Assembly (NCBI GenBank): GCA_033763315.1
Contig: JANRKS010000021.1
Span: 1 to 64,000, forward strand
DNA length: 64,000 nt
Direction of reading: 5' to 3'
Source: Deltaproteobacteria bacterium
GTDB lineage: Bacteria; Myxococcota_A; Polyangia; Fen-1088
Shown: piece by piece, positions 9,352 through 19,515 of the stretch
Numbering within the stretch: position 1 is the first letter of the stretch
Layout: every line of letters starts with the position of its first letter
Program-made: the position numbers and the translations under genes
The notes under the pieces: generated by a model
What the model was told of the DNA's origin: nothing
Seen by the model: only the letters and a program-made list of their open reading frames with translations
Databases searched by the model: none

Positions 9352-11736
9352 ATGTCTGCTGGCTCGCCTTTGCTGCACCCCACACCAGATGGCTCGCGTT
9401 TTGAACTTCGCGATCCCTATATGATGCCGAAAGCGTCGGCCTTCTTATGGAACCGACGCATGATGATTCACACAACTTGTCGCGGGTACGCCGTTGCGCA
9501 GTTCATGCAACCTGAGCCTGCGAAGTATGCCCACCCTCCAGTTTTGGCAGCAAAAACCTTCATGCAGCCAGAGCAGCCATACTTCTCTCATCATCCCGGA
9601 CGCTTTGTTTATGTCAAAGACGAAGATACGCGACAGGTATTTTCAGCGCCCTATGAGCCTGCGCGTGCCAAGTTAGATTCGTTTTGCTTCTCGGTGGGCA
9701 AAAGCGACTTGCTGTGGACCGTAGAACGTGGCGGCATCTCGGTGCAAATGCGATTGACGTTGGCCGTCGACGAAACGGTTGAAATGTGGTCAGTGCGGGT
9801 AAAAAATACCAGTGAACAACCGCGGCGGATCAGCGTTTATCCCTACTTCCCGGTGGGATACCCCTCGTGGATGAACCTATCCGGGCGATACCGCGCAGAC
9901 CTCAAAGCGGTGGTGTGTTCATGCATCACGCCCTATCAAAAGCTTGAAGACTACGAGAAAAACAAACTACTCAAGGACAAAACCTTCTTGTTGGCCGAGC
10001 TGGCCCCCAACGCTTGGGAGGTGAATCAAGAAGCCTTTGAGGGCGAAGGCGGACTTGTGTACCCCGATGCCATCGCGAAAGAACAGCTGGCGGGCGGCGA
10101 GGCAAGCTACGAGGTTCCCACCTGTGCGCTCCAGTATCGAATGGCGCTGGCCCCCGGTGAAGAGAAGGCACTGAGGTTTTTGTTCGGGCCCGCCTATGAT
10201 GACCACGAGATTGTTGCGATTCGCGAGAGATTCTTCACGCCAGGGTCGTTCGAGCGTGAGTCAGAGGACTACGCGAGCTACGTGCAATCCGCGGAGGGTT
10301 GTCTGCGCATTGAAACGCCTGATCCCCAGTTCGACAACTACGTAAATCACTGGCTCCCGCGCCAGTTGTTCTATCACGGTGACGTAAATCGCTTGACCAC
10401 CGATCCGCAGACGCGCAACTACTTGCAAGACAACATGGGCATGGCCTACGTTGCGCCATCACTGACACGGGCTGCGCTGATCACGGCCCTGACCCAGCAG
10501 CACGCCTCCGGCGCCATGCCTGATGGGGTGCTGATTCACGAGCAGGCCGAGCTCAAGTACATCAACCAGATACCGCACACCGATCATTGCGTGTGGATAC
10601 CGCTGGCATTGCAAGCCTACTTAGACGAAACGCACGATATAGATTTGCTCAACGAGCGGATCCGGTTCGCTGACGATGCCAAGCCAACCAGCGTGTATGA
10701 CCACGTGGCCAAGGCCATGTTGTGGTTGGTCAACGCGCGTGATCACCGCGGCCTTAGCTTTATTGCACAAGGGGATTGGTGTGATCCCATGAACATGGTT
10801 GGCCCCAAAGGCAAAGGGGTTTCGGGCTGGCTTACATTGGCATCGGCCTACGCGCTGCAAGTTTGGGCAGGCATTTGTGCGACGCTTGGCAAACCAAGCG
10901 ATGCCGATGCGGCGCTAAAGCACGCCGATGACATGAATGCGGCCGTAAACAAGCACCTGTGGGATGGCCATTGGTTTGCCCGCGGCATCACCGACGATGA
11001 TGTGGTGTTTGGAGTGGCCACAGACCAAGAAGGGAAGATCTACTTAAATCCGCAAGGATGGGCATTGCTCAGCGGCGCTGCCAGCGCTGAACAGCAACAA
11101 CATATGTTGAGCGCCATCGACGAGCACCTGCAAACCCCGTTTGGCCTCATGATGCTGGGGCCGCCCTACACTGCCATGCGTAACGACGTGGGACGGTTAA
11201 CGCAAAAGTTCCCAGGGTCAGCAGAGAACGGCTCTTGTTACAACCACGCGGCGGCGTTCTATGCGTACGGGCTCTACACCGCACAAAGCGCCGACCGCGC
11301 GTTCGCGGTGCTAAGAAACATGATCCCCGGGCCTGACGAAGGCGACTACGTTCAAAGGGGGCAGCTGCCTGTTTTCATTCCCAACTATTATCGCGGCGGT
11401 CACAAGCTTTATCCTCGCACCGCCGGCCGTTCAAGCCAGCTATTCAACACGGGCACGGTGGCATGGTACCAGCGCTGTTTGCTTGATGGATTGTTCGGTC
11501 TGCGAGGCTGTGCCGAAGGCCTTTTGGTTGCCCCGCATCTGCCATCATCGTGGACACAAGCGCGGGCATCCCGCCGCTTTCGTGGTGCCCAGTTTGATGT
11601 GGAGTACCAACGTGTGCCGGGGCAACGCCACATCGAAGTGATCGTAAACGGCGAAGTTCTGGAGAAACCGTGCATCACAGACATTCGCAGCGGCGAGCAC
11701 CACCAGGTGTTGGTTTTGCTGCCTGAAAGCATTTAG
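9352..11736 (+). CDS. GH94 glycoside phosphorylase, cellobionic-acid-phosphorylase (NdvB-like) type
   Basis: HHPGRFVYVKD, TTDPQTRNYLQD, catalytic QGDWCDPMNM, ENGSCYNH, FNTGT; about 795 aa, no signal peptide. Confidence 0.85.
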   Translation: MSAGSPLLHPTPDGSRFELRDPYMMPKASAFLWNRRMMIHTTCRGYAVAQFMQPEPAKYAHPPVLAAKTFMQPEQPYFSHHPGRFVYVKDEDTRQVFSAPYEPARAKLDSFCFSVGKSDLLWTVERGGISVQMRLTLAVDETVEMWSVRVKNTSEQPRRISVYPYFPVGYPSWMNLSGRYRADLKAVVCSCITPYQKLEDYEKNKLLKDKTFLLAELAPNAWEVNQEAFEGEGGLVYPDAIAKEQLAGGEASYEVPTCALQYRMALAPGEEKALRFLFGPAYDDHEIVAIRERFFTPGSFERESEDYASYVQSAEGCLRIETPDPQFDNYVNHWLPRQLFYHGDVNRLTTDPQTRNYLQDNMGMAYVAPSLTRAALITALTQQHASGAMPDGVLIHEQAELKYINQIPHTDHCVWIPLALQAYLDETHDIDLLNERIRFADDAKPTSVYDHVAKAMLWLVNARDHRGLSFIAQGDWCDPMNMVGPKGKGVSGWLTLASAYALQVWAGICATLGKPSDADAALKHADDMNAAVNKHLWDGHWFARGITDDDVVFGVATDQEGKIYLNPQGWALLSGAASAEQQQHMLSAIDEHLQTPFGLMMLGPPYTAMRNDVGRLTQKFPGSAENGSCYNHAAAFYAYGLYTAQSADRAFAVLRNMIPGPDEGDYVQRGQLPVFIPNYYRGGHKLYPRTAGRSSQLFNTGTVAWYQRCLLDGLFGLRGCAEGLLVAPHLPSSWTQARASRRFRGAQFDVEYQRVPGQRHIEVIVNGEVLEKPCITDIRSGEHHQVLVLLPESI

Positions 11737-11763
11737 CGGCGAAGCACCCGGGAAGGCGTGCTT

Positions 11764-13761
11764 TCAGGGACTTCCCGGGTAAACATAGCGAATGGGGCCC
11801 ACATGGCTGCCGATGGCAAGATTGCCAGAGGCAGCGTCTGTGATCCATGCGCCGTTGCGCTGGCAGTGGTCGAAGGTGACGTTTCGAACCGGATGCGTGG
11901 CGCCTGCGGCTTTGAGCGCGGAGGGCCGTTCCTGTTGGCTGGTGCCAAGCCACATCACGCGGCGGAACGTTATGTTTTCCACCAACTCACCGTGCACGCC
12001 GCCTTTGTAGTCGGTGTTGCCGTTGGTTTGGATGTGAAATATTTGACCACTGGTCATGCGTTCGATGCGTATGTCTTCAAACAGAACGTTGCGCACAATG
12101 TTGCTGTCGTTGCACGTAACCGAGACTGCGCCTTCATAGATGCCGTTTTGGTAAGGGGTTTGTCGATGTTCAAGCGCATCGATGTTGCGAAACACGACGT
12201 TCTCGATCACGTTGCCTTCCGGTTGCAGGCCATGGGTGCCCAACATCAAGGGGTGGGCCACGTCCGACCATGCCACTGAGTTTTGAACGGTTATGTTGTC
12301 GCTATCTTGATTGACGCCCGCCACACGCCAGTCGCGGGGTTCATAGTTAACTGTGTTTGCGCCGTAGATCACGAAGGCATCGTCTGCCGTGCGCACATAG
12401 CAATCTTGCACCAACACGTTCTTGCACGCGTTGATGTGGACACCATCATCCCAGTGGCGGCCACTGATCACCTTAAAGTTGCGAACCGTGAGGCCCAACG
12501 TGGCGCTAAGCACCGTGGTGTTGTCGGGTGATCCGGTCACCAAGATGCCCTCAAGCAGAAAGCCGGGGCTGTTCCAAGCCTCTATCGCCCACTGATAAGA
12601 GTCATCGGCAAACGCACTGGCGGTTAAGATGCCCCGCCCACGGATCGCCGCGCCCTTGGCGTTGCGGGCCGATACCGCCCCTCGGACGAATGCCCCCGGG
12701 GCCAAGTACAAGGTTTTCCCCGCCTCAAGAGCCAGAATGCCGGTTTGTGTTGTTCCGGCGATGTCATGAACGCCGGCGCCGAACCACACGACATTCGGAT
12801 CACCGGGCGTTGGAACAAAGGTTTCGGGAGGGTTGGCGATCACGTTCAAGTTGCGATACATCTCGCCGTTGATCTCAAGGCTTAGCTGCGTGGGCCCCGG
12901 GATAACGAAAGTGACCTGAGCGCCCGAGACGGCGGCCGCTATATTGCGGTTAAGAGGCCGCAAAACCACGCTTTTGATCGGAGCTGAAGTGCGGCTGGTG
13001 ACCCGGACTTCCATAGGACCTGGCGCATCAAACATAGCCACAGCCGTGTTGTCGTAGATCCATCCCCGCGTGCTCGCGCTGCCGTCCCAGCCATCGCGAT
13101 TTTTGCACACCTGCATGGCATGAACGAAAACCGTCTCGAACGGGCGGCCGGCGCCCATGCGGCGCACTTGCACCGTATAGTCTGGGTGTGAAGCCACACC
13201 GAAAGCGGGAGGGTAGTTCCAAGCGCTTCGCTCTGAGGCTGCCTTATCGTGGATGGTCACCAGCACCGCATCAGTGGCCGCGATCCCGCGTGCATCCGTT
13301 ACGGTCAGAAACACAAGGTGCTGGCCACGGCGAAAGTTGAGTGTGGGGTTGGCACCCGAGGCCAGGGCAACGCCATGTTCACGCCAATCGTAAGTGACAG
13401 CGCCGGTGGACCCCGCGCTTGAAAGTGCAATCCGTTCGAATCCGTCGTCGTCGTTGTCGATCACAACCTGGTCGGGGCCAGCGTTGGCGATCGTAAGACT
13501 GGCACCGCCATCCATGCAACACCCTTGCACGTTCCCAGCGCCGCCCGCGCCGGCTTGGCCACCAGCGCCCATGTCTGCGGTTTCGCCGCCAGCTCCAGCA
13601 GAGCCTGTGGCGCCGCCACAATCGTCACGTTCACACGCAGAAAAGCCAGCGACTCCGGACGGTCGCGGCTCCGGCGATGCATCTCGGTTTACCGACAGCT
13701 CTTTGCTGCCTCCCGCGCATGCAACGACTACAAGAGATAAGAAGCCAATCAATGCCTTCAT
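11764..13761 (-). CDS. Lipoprotein with PKD-like domain and right-handed beta-helix glycoside hydrolase (GH28/GH49-like)
   Basis: Lipobox VAC; ANAGPDQ...LTVTD PKD signature; WFGAGVH, LYLAPGAFVRG, DDGVH, RTADDA, beta-helix repeats ENVVFRNI/RNVLFEDI. Confidence 0.75.
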   Translation of the reverse strand: MKALIGFLSLVVVACAGGSKELSVNRDASPEPRPSGVAGFSACERDDCGGATGSAGAGGETADMGAGGQAGAGGAGNVQGCCMDGGASLTIANAGPDQVVIDNDDDGFERIALSSAGSTGAVTYDWREHGVALASGANPTLNFRRGQHLVFLTVTDARGIAATDAVLVTIHDKAASERSAWNYPPAFGVASHPDYTVQVRRMGAGRPFETVFVHAMQVCKNRDGWDGSASTRGWIYDNTAVAMFDAPGPMEVRVTSRTSAPIKSVVLRPLNRNIAAAVSGAQVTFVIPGPTQLSLEINGEMYRNLNVIANPPETFVPTPGDPNVVWFGAGVHDIAGTTQTGILALEAGKTLYLAPGAFVRGAVSARNAKGAAIRGRGILTASAFADDSYQWAIEAWNSPGFLLEGILVTGSPDNTTVLSATLGLTVRNFKVISGRHWDDGVHINACKNVLVQDCYVRTADDAFVIYGANTVNYEPRDWRVAGVNQDSDNITVQNSVAWSDVAHPLMLGTHGLQPEGNVIENVVFRNIDALEHRQTPYQNGIYEGAVSVTCNDSNIVRNVLFEDIRIERMTSGQIFHIQTNGNTDYKGGVHGELVENITFRRVMWLGTSQQERPSALKAAGATHPVRNVTFDHCQRNGAWITDAASGNLAIGSHVGPIRYVYPGSP

Positions 13762-13958
13762 CACGCGAGCAATGCCGGGCGGACTGTGGTGGGCGCATTC
13801 TCGATGGCTCCTGAGTTTCCAACCACAATCAGAGAAAGAGCGTGGACGTGTCTCATGCCCCTGGGTCGATTCCACGGCGCACTTTCGGTTCAAAAAAGTG
13901 CGATCGATTTCGTCGAGCCGATCTTTGGGCAATGGAAACGGCAGTTTACAAGCGCAGC

Positions 13959-14942
13959 TCAACAGCCTTCGAACACGTATCCCGCTGCGCCAGCTGGTGA
14001 CACGCCCAGGTCACGAAGAACGATCGAGAGCCCGGGATGAGCTTTGCACCCTTTATCGAAATCCGCTTTGCGGTACTCGATTACGAACACGCGGTCACCG
14101 TACGCGTTCCGATAAACATCGCACTCGTCGTAGCGATTGCATTCCTCTGCCACGGCGAAGTCCGTCCCCATCTGTGCGCGCCGGCCAACCAAATCCGTAG
14201 AGTTCTTCTGCGCTGCGGCCAATCCGTGCGCGTGGGCCTTCTTTGAAAGCAGCGCCATGAACGCAACGTTTTGCTCTTGCGTCAGCAAGCCCTTTGACCG
14301 GCCGTAGCTATCAAGGTTGTCGATCTCAACAGCGTCAAAGCCATCTTGGGCGCATTTTTCAATCCAACCACCAACGATGGCAACCAGCTGGCTGCGGCTT
14401 GACTCGGTCCGCGTGTCGAAGATGAGCTCGTTCCATTCGGTGTCTTTAACGGGCGCACCGCTTGCGTCTTTGAGAACCAACTGCGGGTGCTTCGAAAGCC
14501 ACCAGCTCTCATCCTGCGGCTGCGCCTGAAAGCCATTGACGTAACAGATGTTGTAAAGCCCCGACGCTATCGGCGCTTCGCGATCACGGCTCACCACCTT
14601 GACCCCCGAGGGCGGCGTGTAGGGCCCCCCGATTTGATAATCGAACGAGGCATTGGCCGGTGGCAATGTCACAGCCGCATCGGGAGCCCCTCCCGTGCCC
14701 GGCCCCCCGCCCGTGCTCCCTGCGTCACCGCCCTGCCCTTGCCCTCCCGCGCCGCCAGCACCCGTGGCCCCCGCTTGTGCGGCGTCCGCTGGCTTGGGTT
14801 GGTCGGCGTCAGCAGAAATTGGTTTGCCGGCGTCAGACGCTGCCCCCCCCGCATCGCTTGCGTCGGATGCAGGCTGCGCGCACGCAGCGAGGAAGGCTCC
14901 GAGCACGAAAAACCGGACCAAGGATGTCAGGAGGTTGCGCAT
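13959..14942 (-). CDS. GH114 endo-alpha-1,4-polygalactosaminidase family lipoprotein
   Basis: Lipobox LAAC; DYQIGG, ICYVNGFQ, GFDAVEIDNLD, QKN, AVAEEC, VIEY. Confidence 0.88.
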   Translation of the reverse strand: MRNLLTSLVRFFVLGAFLAACAQPASDASDAGGAASDAGKPISADADQPKPADAAQAGATGAGGAGGQGQGGDAGSTGGGPGTGGAPDAAVTLPPANASFDYQIGGPYTPPSGVKVVSRDREAPIASGLYNICYVNGFQAQPQDESWWLSKHPQLVLKDASGAPVKDTEWNELIFDTRTESSRSQLVAIVGGWIEKCAQDGFDAVEIDNLDSYGRSKGLLTQEQNVAFMALLSKKAHAHGLAAAQKNSTDLVGRRAQMGTDFAVAEECNRYDECDVYRNAYGDRVFVIEYRKADFDKGCKAHPGLSIVLRDLGVSPAGAAGYVFEGC

Positions 14943-15068
14943 GATCTCACCTTGAGGTCTAACCGAACGAGGTGCAAAGAGGTACTGCCAGTTGGCAATC
15001 GTTCGCGCCTGGCGCCGCACGAAACATTTTGTTGAGCCGATTCTGGGCGCTGGAAGCGGCACCTAGGC

Positions 15069-16904
15069 ATGAGCGATGTACGGTTGTTTTTCCGAGGCTC
15101 GTTTGCGACTTCGTGCTTTTCGGCAGCTCTTATGGCAGCCGCCTGTTCTGGCCGCGTGGCTGACGATGATGAGCCTTCCGGCGGCGGCGGGGGCAAGCCC
15201 CCACCTGGCGACGTCCAGGATGTAACCGATGTGTTGAACGGCCTCCCGCCTGGAAGTATGTCGTCGGGGGCCGGATCCCCAAGCGGACGTCCACGCCCAA
15301 GTGGCGTACCTGTGGCCGGCAGTGATACGTGCCGCGCTCCCAAAGAGCGGGTTTGGCAGTTGAGTCCTTTGCAGATGGCAAACACCATGGCCACGTTGGT
15401 GCCTGGCGTGGATGCCACCCTTCTCAAAGAACGGCTGCTTCGCTACGCCTCGGTTGGTTCTCCTTACACAAGCGATCCGGGCATCCTTAACGCTTCATCA
15501 CTGTTCGCAACGGATCTAAACCAAACGGTGACTCAACTTGTAGATACCCTCGTTAGCTCTGGGGGAGGCGAACACGCCTGTGTTGCAAAATCGCCCACAC
15601 GAGATTGCGCACAAACGGTGATCAAGTCGCTGCTGCCGCGCGCGTTTCGCAGCCCACCCGCCAATGGTGTTGCCGATGATTTTTTGGCCTTCTACGACGA
15701 CGCATCTGGGAAATACGGCGAAGGCCCAGCCATCAAACTGCTGATCGAACGCATCTTATCGGCGCCAGAGGTTCTGTTTAGACGGGAACTGGGCGAGCTT
15801 GATAAGAAAACAGGCTTGCTGCGCTTGTCGGCGCACGAACGCGCAGATCTCATCGCCTACGCCATCACAGACGCTCCGCCTGATTCGCAGCTGCGCGCCG
15901 CGGCCGACGATGGATCGCTGCTTGAGCCCGAAGTTGCACGGCGCGAAGTGGATCGCCTCCTGGGAGCCGCTCCGCCGCTGGAAGACATTGTTGAAGGGAT
16001 GGCCGAAGTGAGGCGCAAGGTTGCAGGCCCAATGCGATTCCTGCGGGAGTTTTTATCGGTTGAAAAAACGCGCTTTGTGACCGTGAAGGGATCTGACGAA
16101 CGACTTTTGCGATGGTTCGACAACGAGGCCATGACTTTTGCCCGTCACGTGCTGTGGGAAGACGACGCCACGCTATCGAAACTGCTGACCGCCGACTACA
16201 CGTTCTACAGCAACACGCTTGCAGACCATTACGGCGTTGCACGCAAAGACAACTACACCGCCCCCGCCCCTACGGTTAATGGCCGCAAAGGCGTACTGAT
16301 GCAAAGCTCGTTCTTGACCGGCCACGATAGCGCCACCGATCGCGGCAAGTTCATTCGAGCGCGTCTGTTTTGCCAGGAAATCGCAGCGCCAGACAACAAC
16401 GTGGACATGAACCTTGAAGGCCTTGAAGAAGAGCTTGAAGGCGAAGAGAAGCGCAATCTTTCGCCACGGGAAGTTCGCGCGCGGCACCTCAAGGATCCTT
16501 CATGCGCGGCCTGCCACCAGCAGCTCGATCCACTCGGATTTCCCTTCGATGGCTTCGACGTGCTGGGCAAGCCTCGCACCACCTGGGACGGCTTTCCTAT
16601 CGACACTGGCGGAGAAATTCTTGGCACAAGCAAGAGCGATGGCAAAGTTCAAAACGCACCTGAGCTCGTCACCAAACTCGCGGCTTCGTCAGATGTGGCG
16701 ACTTGCTTCGTTGTGCAAATGTATATGTACGTCCATGGGCGGATACCGGGAGAAGAAGACACTTGCTACCTCGAACGCCTAAGCACCGCTTTTGCGCGCT
16801 CAGGAGGCAACGTTCGTGAGCTTATGGCCGAGATGTTGACGGGCGATGAGATGCAAACACGCATGCCCGATTGGAAAACGGAGTCGCAAGGAGCCAAGCC
16901 ATGA
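15069..16904 (+). CDS. DUF1592/DUF1588-family lipoprotein with CxxCH heme motif
   Basis: Lipobox AAAC; RAFRSP, PEVLFRRE, DRGKFIRARLFC, CAACHQQLDPLGFPFDGFD. Confidence 0.88.
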   Translation: MSDVRLFFRGSFATSCFSAALMAAACSGRVADDDEPSGGGGGKPPPGDVQDVTDVLNGLPPGSMSSGAGSPSGRPRPSGVPVAGSDTCRAPKERVWQLSPLQMANTMATLVPGVDATLLKERLLRYASVGSPYTSDPGILNASSLFATDLNQTVTQLVDTLVSSGGGEHACVAKSPTRDCAQTVIKSLLPRAFRSPPANGVADDFLAFYDDASGKYGEGPAIKLLIERILSAPEVLFRRELGELDKKTGLLRLSAHERADLIAYAITDAPPDSQLRAAADDGSLLEPEVARREVDRLLGAAPPLEDIVEGMAEVRRKVAGPMRFLREFLSVEKTRFVTVKGSDERLLRWFDNEAMTFARHVLWEDDATLSKLLTADYTFYSNTLADHYGVARKDNYTAPAPTVNGRKGVLMQSSFLTGHDSATDRGKFIRARLFCQEIAAPDNNVDMNLEGLEEELEGEEKRNLSPREVRARHLKDPSCAACHQQLDPLGFPFDGFDVLGKPRTTWDGFPIDTGGEILGTSKSDGKVQNAPELVTKLAASSDVATCFVVQMYMYVHGRIPGEEDTCYLERLSTAFARSGGNVRELMAEMLTGDEMQTRMPDWKTESQGAKP

Positions 16905-18211
16905 TTAAGAATCGACGTTCGTTCCTTCGCGGCCTGAGCATGGGTGGTGCGGCCACCTTGCTGGGCCCCTTCGTTAACCGCATCGTTGGCACAGCTTGGG
17001 GCGCTGATGTTTCGCGGCCGAATCTGTTCGTTTTGACGGCCGGCAATGGCTGGGGCCATCAAAGCCTCGATCGCAACACGCCGCTTTTGGCCCCCACGAT
17101 GCGATCAGAGAGCGATTGGGATCTCCCCAAGGTACTCAACAAACTTTCGCCATTGGCGAAGCGGGTTTCTTTGTGCCGAAGGCTTTACAATCCCTTTGAT
17201 AAGAACCTGCACGGCAACGGCTGGGCCACCTTGAGCGTGATGAAAGGCGATGGGCGCAATCCCGGCGGGCCATCGCTCGATAGATGGGTGGCGCTGCAAA
17301 CCGCGGCCAGCGATCCGTTCCCCTCCTTGGCGCTTGGCGTGGCGTTACGTGACAGTTCGCCGCCACCTTGCACGAGTTCCGATGGCGTTCGCAAACCTTT
17401 CCCTGCGATTGGCCGGCCCTTGGTTGCCTTTGAAACGGTGTTTGGATCGGCCAGCGGCCAAGCCGACGCCGACAATGTGCTGGCACGGCGCAAAAGCTTA
17501 TTGGACGCGATGGTCAAAGACGTGGAGCGTGTGCGTGCGCAGTTGGCCGGCCAAGAGCGCGCCAAGCTGGATCAGCTGCTTGAATCGTACCGTGGCCTTG
17601 AGCGACAGCTCAGCGCCAAGCGGCAAATCCTCGCTGCTATCAAAACGCCTGCCCCGCCAACCGACAAACAGAACAGCCTGGGACTTCAACCAGCGTCATT
17701 GCAGGCGCATGTGGATGTTGCAGCACACGCTGTGGCGTTCGGGTTCACTCGCGTCGTTCACTTGAGCGTGCTTGGCTTCGACGCCCACAATGCCGGGTGG
17801 GACGCCTTGGGCTTCAGTGGTGACGCTCACGAGAACTTGGCCCACCTTTCAGGGTACGACAAACCGCGCGCCACAGCAGCGTACGAGGCCATCATCGATT
17901 TCGAGGCAGGTTTGTTGGCGCGCTTTTACAGCGTGCTTTCAGGCTTCAAAGCCAACGATCAATTGCTTTCGGATCAGACGTTGGCCGTGTGGGTTAACAG
18001 CGGCGGTGGTAAACATCACGAAGGGCACGCTCATCACGCAGTGGTCATTGTGGGCGACGCGCAAGGCCGCGTGCGTGGAGGCATGCACCTGGAGCGTCCG
18101 GGGCACGCCGTATCCGAAGCGTTCTTGCCAGTGGCCAGCGCGATGGGCGTCAAGTCAGATACTTTCGGCGATCCGGAACACTGCAAGGGGCCTTTGCCCG
18201 GCTTGGTTTAA
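16901..18211 (+). CDS. DUF1552 family protein (Tat signal)
   Basis: AGGAG RBS and ATGA overlap with upstream gene; NRRSFLRG Tat motif; SLDRWVA, KSLLDAM...ERAKLDQLLES, KHH. Confidence 0.85.
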   Translation: MIKNRRSFLRGLSMGGAATLLGPFVNRIVGTAWGADVSRPNLFVLTAGNGWGHQSLDRNTPLLAPTMRSESDWDLPKVLNKLSPLAKRVSLCRRLYNPFDKNLHGNGWATLSVMKGDGRNPGGPSLDRWVALQTAASDPFPSLALGVALRDSSPPPCTSSDGVRKPFPAIGRPLVAFETVFGSASGQADADNVLARRKSLLDAMVKDVERVRAQLAGQERAKLDQLLESYRGLERQLSAKRQILAAIKTPAPPTDKQNSLGLQPASLQAHVDVAAHAVAFGFTRVVHLSVLGFDAHNAGWDALGFSGDAHENLAHLSGYDKPRATAAYEAIIDFEAGLLARFYSVLSGFKANDQLLSDQTLAVWVNSGGGKHHEGHAHHAVVIVGDAQGRVRGGMHLERPGHAVSEAFLPVASAMGVKSDTFGDPEHCKGPLPGLV

Positions 18212-18255
18212 GCGAAACATGACCCGTTCGTAAGCCATAAGGGCGACATCAGATC

Positions 18256-19485
18256 ATGACAATCTCGCTGTGGTCGCAGAGAGTCCATCTGGCCCCCTCT
18301 TTGGTTCTGCTCTTCACCATTGGTTGTGCGGTGGAAGAAGGTGGCGCTTCACAAGAGGAACCGGACGGGCAAGCTCCCGGGCAAGGTGGCGAGGGCGGCT
18401 CTTCTAGCCCGGGCGACAACGGGGGCAATGCAGGTGGTGGTAACACTGGCTTTCACGATGCGGGGCCCGGAGGATCAACACCACCGCTGCAAAATGAGCG
18501 CGCCGACGCCAGCCTAGGTGGGATGGGCGGAGCTGTCGCTGGCCCGGCCAGCGCGGGCATTCGCAAGGATATATGCGGAACGAAAGCCTGGGTCTTCACC
18601 ACGGAGGGCATCGGCCGGCCGGAACTTGTGGCCCAATCCGGCGACGTAAACGGCAACAAACACGCCTTCACGTTTCTTGAGGGCCCGGTTTGGCGCGCGG
18701 CTGACGCCACCTTGCTGTTCTCAGATTTCAACACGGCCAGCGCGCTCAATAGCGACAAAATGGGGCCACCAAGCCTGATTTGGCAACTTGGCACGGATGG
18801 CGTTGTGAAGCCTGCGTTTGCTGAGGGTTCCGTTCGCGCCAACGGCATGGCCATCGACGACGCCGGCAACATCTTGGTTGCGGATCACGGCGTTCGCGGC
18901 ATTTCGCGGATTGCCAAAGACGGTAAGCGAGCCACCGTGACCGACAACTTTGAGAACAAGGCGTTCAACGCACCCAACGATCTCGCAACCACCTCCGATG
19001 GTTCCGTTTACTTCACTGATCCGACCTACAACGGACAAGTTGATGGTCGAGAGACACCGATCGGCTACGAGGGGGTTTACCGTGTCGCCCCCGATGGGCA
19101 GGTGCAACTTATCGACAGGACGTTGAAGCGCCCCAATGGCATCACAGTGTCCCTCGACGAAAAATGGCTGTACGTATCTTCCAAAGACGAATCAACCATC
19201 TATCGCTATCCGTTGACTTCGGGAGCGGTTGGGCCGAAGCAGCCCTTCATCACTGGGCAGCCCACCGATGGCGTCACACTAGATTGCGCCGGCAATCTTT
19301 ACCTTGCGGTTCCAGGCAAGGCCCTGCGCGTGTTTGATCCACAAGGAAAACAGATCTGGGAAACACTAAGCCGCAAACCCATCACGAATGTGGCCTTCGG
19401 CGGCCCCCAGCACAACGTCCTTTATGTTACCGAGCAAACTGGCCTTCACCGCATTCAAATGGTAACGCCCGGCCTTCCTTACTGA
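18256..19485 (+). CDS. SMP-30/gluconolactonase family lipoprotein
   Basis: Lipobox IGC; LEGPVW, LLFSD, ANGMA, FNAPND, YFTDP, PNGI, TDG, TNVAFGG. Confidence 0.9.
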   Translation: MTISLWSQRVHLAPSLVLLFTIGCAVEEGGASQEEPDGQAPGQGGEGGSSSPGDNGGNAGGGNTGFHDAGPGGSTPPLQNERADASLGGMGGAVAGPASAGIRKDICGTKAWVFTTEGIGRPELVAQSGDVNGNKHAFTFLEGPVWRAADATLLFSDFNTASALNSDKMGPPSLIWQLGTDGVVKPAFAEGSVRANGMAIDDAGNILVADHGVRGISRIAKDGKRATVTDNFENKAFNAPNDLATTSDGSVYFTDPTYNGQVDGRETPIGYEGVYRVAPDGQVQLIDRTLKRPNGITVSLDEKWLYVSSKDESTIYRYPLTSGAVGPKQPFITGQPTDGVTLDCAGNLYLAVPGKALRVFDPQGKQIWETLSRKPITNVAFGGPQHNVLYVTEQTGLHRIQMVTPGLPY

Positions 19486-19515
19486 GTCGATGTTTAGGGG
19501 ACCTTCCCATGCCGA

